Notes under the pieces: model-generated | Databases searched by the model: none | Told to the model about the DNA's origin: nothing | What the model saw: only the letters and a program-made list of their open reading frames with translations | Origin: Lepidodermella squamata | Taxonomy: Eukaryota > Animalia > Gastrotricha | Direction of reading: 5' to 3' | Length of the DNA: 64,000 nt | Assembly (NCBI GenBank): GCA_047495785.1 | Contig: JBLDXI010000020.1 | Span: 620,001-684,000 of the forward strand | Position numbers and translations under genes: made by a program | Shown: positions 27,007-39,224 of the stretch, one piece after another | Position numbering within the stretch: position 1 is the stretch's first letter | How the letters are laid out: each line of letters starts with the position of its first letter

Positions 27007-28302
27007 CTGATAAATTTATTATAAATGCGATGATCGCCTCTTATCGATGTACGCAGCAGGTGTTTTGAAAATTATGTCGAAGTACAAATTTGATGAGAAT
27101 ATTTGTCTCTAGATTCATGTTTCACGACTGTGATTATTGTTGTATGTATGTTATTAGAGATGATTGCATCTTGAGTAATAAAAACGCTTAGTCCCAGTTG
27201 TCGCCTGGAATTGCCATTCATTACGTTTCGACTTTTATAATATCATCTCTGGAAAAAGCGATTGATTCACCAAAGTTTTCCAGCTCTCAGTGCCCCTGCC
27301 AGATCATCTTCGAGTCGCTATTATCAACTCTTGTTCTGATACCGGCTGTATGTTAAAACGATCTTTACTGTAGCATAGATGTGTTTTAAGCAACAAGCTC
27401 AATTCCCGCTTTTCTCGTGTTAAATTATACGATATTAGCCAGGTGTGACTGCGAGGCGTTGTCATTGTACTTTCTTGTGCTACCCGACGTTCAGAATACT
27501 ACTGCTGTTGGAAATCCAAAGTTATGGAATATTTATAGGGCTGATGAAATTTTATATTCTTCACTATATAGTTGAGTTTTTAGTTTGCATTCAGTTGGAA
27601 CTTTGTGGCATGACACATTTCCTTTCAAATGGAGTGCCAAAGCGAGAAGCGTATTTTCTATCACACCGTCCTTTTCATTACTATGTCATTTAGCCGGATC
27701 ACTCATTACCTGCTTACCTTGGAGGCATCGATCTTCTTCTGAATGAAACTTTTAAGACTAGACCAGGAGGCTTTTTCTCGTGTTTCTCCGATCCAATACC
27801 AAAAATCAATTGCTAAGTCCGAGTTCATATTGTTAGCGACCTCGAATTTAGATAAAACAATCTGCAACTTGAAATATCATGTGTTTCAGCGATTGATTAT
27901 GATGACTGTTGAGCCAATATCTAAAAAAAAATGGAATCTGAAGAATGTGCTATTTCAGCATTACATATTGATTCACGGTATCGAATGAATAATGAGGAAA
28001 GAAATTTATTTATGTCATGTATTTACGTTGTTATGCCGATATAATAATATTATTGAGACGACTCGGAGTGGCTATTGTTTTATTGTTTTAGCAAGTTACG
28101 TTGTGCAGAGATACCAACACACTTGCCGTCGGAAAAGATGTAGTAAAATTGCCAAATTTTTCGAATCGGGTTGATTTGTTTTTGAAATTTTACATACGGC
28201 CGGTAAAACGCAAAAATAGACTGTGTGACAAATCAAGAAAAAACGAAGTGGAGCTACGGCTATGAGGTGAAAAGTGTTCAATGCAATGAAATCGCTTGTT
28301 TT

Positions 28303-31070
28303 CTACCGAGGGAAAATGATCGAGGACGAACTGCTGCGGTTCTCATTGGCCAGTCCGTCACCAGCAGACCACTTTGCCCAATGAAGTCCCAGCGAAGAAA
28401 TTTTCTATAAAACGCGGAATTATTCGCGGATTATTTCTGACGTAATCGTAGTAATTTACCGACGTGGTAAGAGTGCCGCGATATGAGAAATCGAATTCGT
28501 CCGAATCTCGCAAACGTTGGTAAACTTTTTCTGAGATCTGCACCTTGTCGCCGAGGCCAGTGACATGAACTAAGGCGGCGGTTGACACTGCCTCGCCGAA
28601 CAGCATGAGTCGGTTTAGCTTGAAATGAATGACAAACGTTCGTCCATGTCCGATATGGATACCGGCTCGAAGTCGCAGCTTTTTAGAATCATCCTTCTCG
28701 GCTTGTAATTCAGCCAAGTGCTCTTGGATATCTAACGCCAACGCCAATATCTAACATTCAGAGTGTATATTGATTTTTAGGATGATTTTTTTTATGATTG
28801 CTGTCAAACCTCGAACGCATGATCGACGGCGTGATATTCACCTGTTTTTCATCATTCAGAATTATAACGTTTCAGGGATAAGTATTAATGAATGAAAATT
28901 TCTTACCGACCCCTGCGGCTATAACCAAACCCTCGCCAAAGACATATACCTTATGCAAGAAAGGCAAATTTCATGAAGAGAAATGAGGTAACTATCTACC
29001 TTATAGCAGTTGTATTTGATTGTCAACAGCTCGCTGAGCTCATAGAAATCGGATACAACTTGCATGAGATCTTTGAGATCTAAGCTTTCCATCACGTCTT
29101 GCATGTTGAAGATATCAAACATTAAAACAGCGGCATCTTAAAGAAAACAACATGCGAGGCGAGATCCTTTCATCGCGGGTTCAAAAGTTACCCCTAAATG
29201 ATCCGTTAATCTCGGTTTCCTTCGAGGCGATAGCTTTCAGATGAAACTGCCGAGGTATGAAGTCGTACAACAATTCGAGAGCCTTAAAATAGAGATGTAA
29301 AATCTGCATGGACGAATGTGAAACGATTGTTAGCAAACCTTATTAAGCTGATTCAAACTTGAGTAGGATTCGCGAATAAATTTCTGGATCAACGTTGTAG
29401 CATAAACATGAACGAATATGGAACCCGCGGCCACCAGTATTGAAATGGTGACGAGAACGACAGCTTCAATCAATAAATCATTATGAAATCAAAAAATTTC
29501 AAAATAAAAAAATAGAAACTGACAGGCGATATCTTCGCTCATCCACAGCCCAGTGAAGTCTTCAGATGCGGACCTAGCTTGTTGTTGAATTGTTCGCAAA
29601 ACATAAAGTAGATTTCCATCATGTGCAGACATAGCTGCTGCCCATTCATCGCCATTCATAGACAGAAAGTCTTGATTCAGTACCTGAATAATTGATGGCT
29701 AAAATTTTGGCGGATTCAGAGATCTTGTAATATATTACGTAATTGACCATTCTCTCGAACTCTCTCCCCGAATCCTGCTCTGAAAAATTCTTAACTTTCA
29801 CGCCAGCCAAGTCGCTGGCCGCGCTTGCAATTTTCAAGTACTCTTGAAACATGAATAACGAATTGATGATGCTCTGGTATACTGTTTCCCTTAGATCGGT
29901 TATCGTGCGATCTTAAAGGAGAAAAGAAATAAGTTAATGATAAATCGAATGAATCCATACTCTCAGCTGCTAGCTTTCTGCCCAACAGCGAAAATTTGCG
30001 AAAATTCAAATACTGGCAAATTGGAAAGCTTCACAGTTTGATTGTTAGATGCTAGTAAATGTTGACTCACTGCTTGAAAAACGATATCTGCGGCCAAGTA
30101 ATCCTGCCAGCCGTCATAGCGAGGAGCATCCATTATACCGTCTCTTGCCAACCCAGCGAGTCCGTCAACAATGCCGTTGTAAAAGTTGACCACGTCTGCT
30201 TCTATAATCACAAGCTATGCTTCGAGATTTAGCAAAAAGATAGGACACGTGCCTGAAGTTCCGTTTATGGATTTGCGCATATCGCGCTGATTTTTCAACG
30301 CTAGCTTGAGTACGAGCGAGGATGATATATTGGCGCGCAGGTTTTCTGGAATCGTGCTCAAGTCGCTTGGCCACGTTTGCATCATTAGAAGTTTCTGAAA
30401 TCAGAAATAAAATTCAAAGAATGAGCTGGATAATTTCATCTTACAGAATCGACGTTTCGCATGGCTATTTGCGCTTTTTGCAGGAATATTTCATAGGGTC
30501 CAGAGTTGAATCTATAATGTTATTATAAATTAGACACGGTTCCAGTTTGCCTGCGATTGGAATTTACTCAAAGAAAGGCTCCATTTCCAAGGCTAGAAGA
30601 AGCGCCAAATCGTATATTTCGAAATTCATGGTCGTTGTAGCCTGATGGATAGGGTTAAATCAGAAAATGCAGCCGAGAAGGAAAATAACTTGCGTCGAGA
30701 TCGGTTTCGATTTCATTGCGTATTGTTCCAAGCTCGACGTCAGTATATATTTGGACGCCTATGCTCGAGAACGCAACCAAGGAAACGGCGACTATCTAAA
30801 TTATTCACAGCCGAATGAAAAGAAGCAACGGATTATAGGAAAAAATTAAACCTGAATCAGCTGAATGACCCTGCCTGATTTTTCTTCGGAATTGGCGACT
30901 ACGATTCGACGCAGCCTGCTTGCACGGCTTGCCTGAGAAGGGCTGATGTCTGGCATACTTTCGAGCTGCGGCGCCCTTTTGCTGGTGAATTCTACTGTGT
31001 TGTCATTGCGGTTTTCATCATCGCTGTTCCCCAAACTTTCCGTTGGTCCTACTCTTCTGCGAGAGGTCAT
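28303..31070 (-). CDS. NIT-domain transmembrane guanylate-cyclase-like protein 1 (predicted catalytically incomplete)
   Basis: 16 exons splice to an open frame: TM1; NIT-like helical domain (VDSKLLMMQTWP, LKNQR, VVNFYNGIVDGL, GWQDYLA, WAAAMS..LRTIQ); TM2; LLYDFIP signalling helix; class III cyclase fold (LMFDIF, YKVYVFGEG, LRLRAGIHIG, LFGEAVSTAAL, VQISE, YRG). Confidence 0.85.
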
Positions 31071-32229
31071 TCTCAACTTGCGATAAAACTGTCTTCTCTA
31101 AGGTGGGCAAATTTGTAGAGTGATCGCGCTTCTTATAAAAAAATTAGAGCATCGAAGGAGGACGTCAGTCAATTAATTAATTTGATCAGTAAAACATTGT
31201 ACGTCACACGCTTATACGTTTAGTTCAATACGGACAATGCGAACCTGGATCTTCAGTACATTAATTGCGCAGAAGAATTGCTATGACGTAGCGTGTAATC
31301 GCTCTCATCGAAGCAATTGATCTTAAGCCATAACCATCTGCTGCTTGATAGAGAGTTTTAATTGCACGAAACTTTGAGTGCAGAATTCTCATCAAATTAG
31401 GTATATATTGAATTCTTAGGTTTGAAATAGGAATTGCCGGTCATTCTGTTGTGAGTACACGTCGGTAAAGGAGAAATCTCGCAATTAACCCTTTTGGCAA
31501 CTTATTTCGGGCGACAGTTTCATAGGTTGAAATGTTGCTTAAAAGACTCCAAACATCAATGATTGATTTTGAAATTCCTCTGAGATGTTGTACCACGATT
31601 TTGCAGGATTAAAAGTGCAATTGCGTCCCTTGCCCCACGTACTCAGTTTTCGGCTCGCGAACAATAAAAACTCGGATTAAAGGTCACCGAATTCTTTATT
31701 TACGGCTCGGCGACAGAGGCGAAGAATATCTAGAATATCTGTTGATAGACCGACTGCTGCTAGTTAGATAATCAACCTTAGCTAAAAAAAAATTCGGCCA
31801 AAACTAACCGAAAATATATCATTACGGCTTGAAATGTTGGCAACTACAACTGAATTCTCGCTGTGATGGATGTAACTTGTATCTATAAATTTATCGATAC
31901 CCTTGCATAACCGGTGCTTTTCAATAGCTGATTGATAGATGTGAGGAGGCTAGAGTGGACAAGACGCTCATCTTTATTCACTGCAAGACATAAATTTCGA
32001 ACAAACTTCAAAACATTGGAAAATCGCAAAATAACATCTATGTGTGGCGTGTTCTTTAAATCGACAGCTCTCGTGTTGAAGTGCAATCAGCGGAGCGAAT
32101 AATAAATAACAAAGCGTAAGAAAAGAAATGACAGCAACCACAAAATGTGTTCAACGTCCCAACCGCAGTATGGTACTAGCAGTCTTCTGATTTCTGATAG
32201 CCAATAATTTCGTGAAATGTAGTAGCTGA

Positions 32230-34975
32230 TCAGTTTTTGTACGTAGTCTCGGAACCATGAATGCTCTCCTCTCCGCCCCACGATGCCCAGAAAAGTTCAA
32301 TTCTACCGTTACGCTGAAAATAGTTGCTTTTGTTAATTTTTCGACATGTAAAACTTGAATGTTTCAACTTACGGTGGTATGCATGGATCCGCGTGCATGG
32401 AATTGAAATTCTTCGTAATCTTTCAACCGATCATTAATAGCGCCGCTGACTTGGACAGTTGACGAAAGAGCGGTCGAGTGTACGAGAGTCGCGACTTCCA
32501 TGGCATTACCGAAAATCATCATCCGCGGTAGACCCAGTTGCAGGTAAATTACCTTGCACGGCCCAACGTGTATACCAAATCGCAGTCGAGCGCATTTGAC
32601 TTCATCCTTAAAGGCATTGACTTCGGCCATCCTCTCCTGCAGTTCCAAGGCCAATGAAACCATCTTAAAGAATTGAATCCTGTAACTGAGTATAAAAGAT
32701 CATATCAGTGCAAAACCTCTGCGCAGTGGTCAGCCATTGAATGTTGCTCTCCTACGCCATTAGCAAGGACAAAGCCCTCAGGGAACATGTAGACCTTTTA
32801 AAATCATATTCATAGTTAGGTTCAAAAATGATTTTCTTATTGAACTTTGAACGAATTGTACTTGACAAGTAACCCCTCGCAATCGGCGTAAAATGAGGCT
32901 AATATATCGAAGAAATCCTCCAATTCCAAGTCTCGCAACAGCTCATGCGCGTTGTAGATATCTGCTGCCATCACACAAGTGTCTGGAACCATACAAAAAA
33001 ATAAAAAGGATCCATTATATCTTGGAATATATTCCACCTTTGAAAGTGCTGTACGGGCGAAGATCGTTCATCTTTGCGTGATTAACGAGCGACCTTGGAA
33101 TAAAGTCATACAGGATTTCTAACGCTTCCGTTAATCGGTCCAAGTTATGATGAGATTCGCGGATAGTGTTCTGAAGCTTCCAGCTCGCAAACAAGTGAAC
33201 TACAACCGTCCCAGCTGCGATAAGGATTGCCAAAATCAGAAGCACGAGGGCTGCAAATTGTTGATAGTCAAAACTAGGCATAATTTTGATAAAAATTTGA
33301 CTCTTTACAGAATACGTCCTTAGGTTCCCAACTATCGGCAAAGACGGCAGCCTGCTCAACAACTGCTTCTTGAATGATGTGCATAGCATAAAAAACGTTA
33401 GCGTCGTGTTTGGACATAATTGCCGCCCACTCGTCGCCTTGCATTGACACAAAGTCTTGGTTTGCAACCTGCGACATCGAACAATGACAAATTGTTGATA
33501 CCTCTACGCTTAACTCACGTAAGTATACATTCGATCGAATTCCTTAATTGCTTCTTGGTTCGTTATGTTGTTAATTTGCTGTTCAGCGAAATCGCTGACA
33601 GTAGTTGCGATCTTCAAATATTCTTGGTATTTCAGATACGAGCTCATTATGTTCTGATACACCGGTTCGAATAGATCCGTGATTGTTCGATCTTAAGTTC
33701 CGAGCGGAGCGAAAATGTAATAAAATAATATACATTACTGCGAGTATGCTTACTCTCAGCTGCCAATTTACGACCCAGCAGAGAATATTTCCTCAGATTT
33801 ATGTACTTGAATTAGAATGAATTAAGGCATGGTTTCCTGTAAAAGCATTGCGAACCGATTGAAACATGACATCAGCCGAAAGAAAATCACTCCATCCTTC
33901 GAAACGCGTCGCCTCTATAATGCTGTTCCTGGCCAATCCAGCCAAATTATCAACGATTCCAGTGTAAAAGTTCACTACGTCGGCCTCTAAAAAAAATATG
34001 CCGATTGATTTTATCAAATTGCCGATTCCGTCTTTTCTAACCTGAAGTGCCGTTGGGCAACTTTCGCATATCCCGTTGTGCTCTCAGAGCCGCTCGTAAA
34101 ACGACGACCGTTGTAATATTTTCTCGTTGATTTTCAGGAACACTGCTGAAATCCGTCGGCCAATACTTGATTGAGAAGAGTTTCTGACCGCAAAAATGAA
34201 AATAATTATAAAATAGTTTTGGTCTATGAATGGGAGGATATTACGTTGTCGACATTCCTCATTGCGACTTGTGCTGAAATTCCGATAACAAGATGATTCG
34301 GTTCGAAGTATGGTTCTGTTAAAAATTACCTCTGGCGAGAAAAGTCTCGTAGGGACCCGAATTGAACCTTATTTCGCACGTAAAAACATTCAGTGGCCTT
34401 GGTTTTAAAGAAAACAGAAATTTACTCAAAAAAGGGCTCCATTTCGACGGCTAACAGCAGCGCAATTTCATACAGATCGAATGCAGTCGTGCTCTTGGCC
34501 TTGATATAATTTCGCATTCGTGAGATCTAAATAACCAATCGTTAACATTTAACATACCCTTATCTCGTCTTGATCATGAATCCGAATTCCTGCCAATTCG
34601 ATATCGCTGTATACTTGGACTGTAATAGCAGCCAAAGCGATCAGAGCGACAAACATGAACTTGAAAAAATATCGGTATATAATTAGGACTCCAAAACGTG
34701 AGCTAGCCATTATTTAAGCTAACTGGCGATCCATATAGTATGGTCAATTACATGGTAAAATACCCACCCTTGGATCTTACCTGGATAGTTTGAACACTTC
34801 GTCCGAATCGTGATCGAGGGTTGGACAGGACGAAATCTGCAACGTTGATAACGTTTCTTTCGAACGTGCCCATTTTAGAAAGATCTTGATAATGCATCGA
34901 CCTCGCGGCGGCAGAGCCAGAAACAGAAGGCTCTGTTTCACCATTGTTGCTGCTAGGGGATATTTTTCTGTTCAT
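32230..34975 (-). CDS. NIT-domain transmembrane guanylate-cyclase-like protein 2 (predicted catalytically incomplete)
   Basis: 15 exons, collinear with copy 1 (NPRSRFGRSVQTIQ, LAVEMEPFF, ADVVNFYTGIVDNL, SLLGRKLAAE, ILYDFIPR, AADIY, FKVYMFPEG, RFGIHVGP, IFGNAMEVATL). Confidence 0.85.
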
Positions 34976-36518
34976 ATTCCAAGTATCTGTGATTTACAAG
35001 AGACAGGCTTCACCTGGAAATGCAACCGGATGTAAAATTCGAACGCTTATATTCCTCAGACCTCTCAGTTCTCTTGGATTATCTTTTATTGCTACTAAAT
35101 TGAACTTGGGATTATTCAAAAAAACATCCTGTAAAGCTCTCATCCAGGGTTGCGCGTAAAAATCTTGACGTAATCAATCCGCGGGCGAATGCACTTGAAT
35201 CAGCTCAAGAGAAGACTTGCGAGGAGTTATGGCTATTCCAACAGTCCGAATGTATTGGCCAAAAATTTAATCAATAGAAAATGTTGGCCAGGCTCAACAA
35301 GTTTGATAGAGCTGACGGCTGGAGGCGTTAGATTGGACAGTATATGCTGACGAAATCGGACTGGACACTCTATGAGGTTTTTTAATCGACTTAGTATTCA
35401 AACGGTATTGCCAAAATTTAGCTTATTTTCAAGGCACGCCGCTAACAACCAGTAACACTGCGTCTACGCTATTTCGAACAATAATTCAATTTATTTTGCG
35501 AAATACGAAATGAGTTAAAATCAGGCATAAATGGTTTGATTCTGGTTGAATTTTCAGTCACTCCATCAGCATGAATGGTTTCACATAAACTGCAAAAAAG
35601 CTCTGAGTCGTAAACTGAAGTTATTTGAATTTAGTATATGCATGATAAGCAATAATTCCTCTCTCCGAATGGCAGTCATATCTGCCAGCTCCTGTTATTA
35701 GCCAGCTCATTCTCACGAAGCAGCAGAAAGTTGAATCACCAGTATATAGCCTTCTTTATCATTATTCCCATTAAAAAAGCGATCATTATGTGATGAATAA
35801 CTAAGCATCAAATACTCTGAAATAGACTGAGTTTTTTTCCTAGCGATAGATTATATCCTGAAGTCATCGCACCTGCGCAGATGTGAGTGAGAGCGATTAG
35901 TGACAGAAAAAAAACTTGCGTGGAAATCGAGATTGAATCGCAAGCCACGAGGAGACTGAAGAATTAGTATTATTTTCGCTAAGCCGCTCTAGTCTCTTCG
36001 CAGACTGCGAAAATGCGCATGCGAACATCAATTCTGCGCTATATACTGTCATATCGGGTGAGTTTTTAATTATTTTCGTTATTTTTCTCATCCAACTCAT
36101 CGACTCTCAGCAATCCCGAAAGAGATAATCAAATGTGGCAACGCGTGAGTTTGGACACGATACTGAAAGCTTATTTTATATCGCATGTAAGTCTTCAATA
36201 CCTGTCACATCAGTGCGTCCGCTACATGTCAATGCGCTGCCCGAAACCGTGATCTAACTCCATAAGTATAGCTCGTGTCTTAAATAATTCGCTGTTTTAG
36301 TCACTATTAAGAGCCATTGAAATTTTCTTGATTTTCACTTTTAATGAAAACGGTGATGGCTCGCCATTAACTCAAGCTCCAGAGCAAAATATAATTTTAT
36401 TCTTAGTTCACAACTTATCACATAATATGCCGACGAATGAGCCACCGAATGCTTAGATTGAACTCATCCGAGGAGTCATCGAAGTGACTAAGGTGAGCCC
36501 GGCCCGAGGCGCATAACC

Positions 36519-39224
36519 ATGAATCACACGATGGTTGAAACGAAACTCGAGCAACAGCATGAGATTAACGAGGAGCATTCGTGGAGCGAAAAAGCATGGC
36601 CAATATTGGTCGTTCTGGCGCCGATTTGCATCACTGGACTCGTTACAAACGCAATTGTGGTGTGGGTTTTCGTCAAGTGGCGAGTCCTTCGCGATCGCAT
36701 TAATCTGTTTGTGGTTAACTTGGCTGTATCTAATTTGGCTATTTGCATCGTCGCTCCGCCTCTGATTGCTTTGCCGATCATTCTAGCTCACCGGGCAGAA
36801 ACTCCTGAGCAAGAGATCGTGACAGGTAAAATATTGTCTTAAGGATTGTTTTGCCATGGGCTAAGATGCCAAAATTTGAAAATCTGGCATTTTTTACATT
36901 TTTATTCAGATTTGCCAATTTAATTTTTTTTACGAAATTTCAGACCTCATTTACCGATTTTCGGCTTGCCTCTTCGGGCTTTCATGCTATGCCAACTCAT
37001 TCGCGACAACAGCGATTGCCTTGCATCGTCGTAGAATGGTAAGAATGCAGAAATATTACTCATGTCTCAGAAAGGGTAAATGTCACTTTCATTTTCATAG
37101 ATCCTGAAACCACGAGCACAGATGAAAAATGAACGGCCTCAAATAGCGATTTGTTTCTTGATGTGGGGTATTTCATTTCTGCTTGCCGTGCCTGAACTGT
37201 TTCGCTGTGCGACGTCGGGCGAGGAGCACAAAGACACAGCCGATCTAACGCTTCCAACCTTGCTAGGGCCATTCCAACGGCTCGGCCTTGAAATCGCCCG
37301 TGTAACACTCCAGTTTCTGCTCGTCTCTTTTCTCATGATTTTTTCCTATGTCTCGGTTTTCTTCGCGCTGAGAAAGCGATCCATAATTCGAGCACAATTC
37401 CAGCGGGACAAAAGTCTCAAGGCTCAGGCTCAACGATTGTCGGCCATTCAGTACAAGAAACACTGCACCCAAAACGTCGCCAAAGCTAGCAGTATTCCTT
37501 TTAAACAGTCTCTCAAGCTGAGGCTATGCGCAAGTAGCAAAAGCACGGGCGCAGAAACCATCAAGGAGGGGCAACCTCGCCTTGATCGGCGACCAACGCT
37601 CACAGGCTCCTGTGTCACCGCCGGCGCCGCCTCGGCCGCGGCTACTACTACGACAGTGCTTATTGGCGGTTCGACTACCCATGGTAGACCAATGTCGACA
37701 TCGTGTGACACCGTCGAGTTCGCTCTGACATCTGGTCAAGCTGCGAATGCCGAACCGCAATCGCCAGTACAATCGAAAAATTCACCCTCAATGCGCCTTA
37801 GGAAGAAGATCCCGTCTAGAATGATGAAGCATGTGTGGGCGTCGTTGAAAGAGAAAAAGTTTTCGGCATCCGACTCTAAAAACGTCGCAATCCTTATTGC
37901 GACTATCGTCGTTCATTTCGCCTGCTGGTCACCCTACAACGCCGTCCGACTCTACGTTGCTGTAGTCGAAGCGGTGAATAATGCTGAGGAGCCAAGAGCT
38001 CCCATAGCAGAGGGCATAGTGTTATGCATCGCTGCGAGTTCTGTTCTACATTGCCCAATTTTTTATACCTGGTTCAACCGACGTAATCGGCATGGCTTAG
38101 TAGCTTGTTGTGCAGCGATAATTCCATGCCGGGATTCCCATGTTAAGCGTCGCCTTAGAGAAATGGCTCATCGTGGAAATTCTCATCGTGCTTATCGCTT
38201 ACCAATCGCTACCGAGGCGCTTCCAAGTCGTGCACCCATGCGAACCCCGTCGAGGCTTCAATTTCGCGTTATGAATGTCCTACGGCGGCATTCTCGCACT
38301 GGAGTTCTCGATGAACTGCGCCAAATTTTGTATAATGCCCAGCGTAGAAGTTCGACAAGTAGCCAAGGAATACCCCCGGCGCGGGCTAATTCTTTCGCCA
38401 TGTCAGAAACCCAGATAGGCAATTTTGATGGCGAAACTACGTTGTCTTACGGGGATCGCGACTCTGACAGTGAGAGATCAAGGGGCGACGAATCGACACT
38501 GTTAGTACCGACAGCTGCGTCGAATAATCTCACTCCGATGGCTTCTTTAATCATGAACCGAAACGAGGTTTTCCCTTCTTGGCTGACCAACCTACAGACT
38601 ACACTTGCTAACGTACAGCCACTACGCGCGAACATGTCGACAGATCCCAACTTGAGCGGCTTGGAAAATGCCGTTCACGAACAGCTGGCTATGAATTTGA
38701 GCTCGGATCAATTAGAGAAAGCTATTATAGAGCTGGTGAAGAATTCGGCACATCAGCCGATTGTCTCTAGATCTATCTCCCAAAACAGTCAGGCTATATC
38801 GGCGAATGGTGACGACACCGTGTTCAGTAAGCAATTCGTTGAGCTTCTCTTGCTCGAAATAGAACGCAACTTGGAAGATGACAACTCTTCGAAACCTCAT
38901 TTCGCTACGGCTGAAGATATCATACCCAGCAGCTGCAGAACTTTAGGCACCCTACTGAAACCCTCCTTATCTCATACTGGAATTTACCAGCTGCTCGTCG
39001 ACCCTTCTACTCCTGCTAGCATCCGTCGAGCCTTGAGCAGCCATATTTTGCGCAGTGTCGGATCCGCTGAGCAGCTCTACCGCAAAACTCGATCTCCGAA
39101 TACCCAGGGTCAGAATCGATCTCTCCGACGGCACGCTACTACAGTCCAGAAAGCCAAAAATCTGTTGCCTGTACCAGAAAAATTTGGAACTCAGCCCTCT
39201 CTCATGGCAATTAATTTGACCTGA
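36519..39224 (+). CDS. Rhodopsin-family GPCR, neuropeptide (NPY/RFamide-type) receptor-like, atypical motifs
   Basis: Exons 36519-36825, 36944-37038, 37101-39224; seven TMs with GLVTN, NLFVVNLAVSN, W in TM4, SY in TM5, FACWSPY and PIFYTWFN. Confidence 0.85.

Noticed and set aside
28303-34975. Interpreting the cyclase genes as decayed pseudogenes
   Set aside because: All exons splice in frame to normal stops, and the non-canonical residues are shared between diverged copies.
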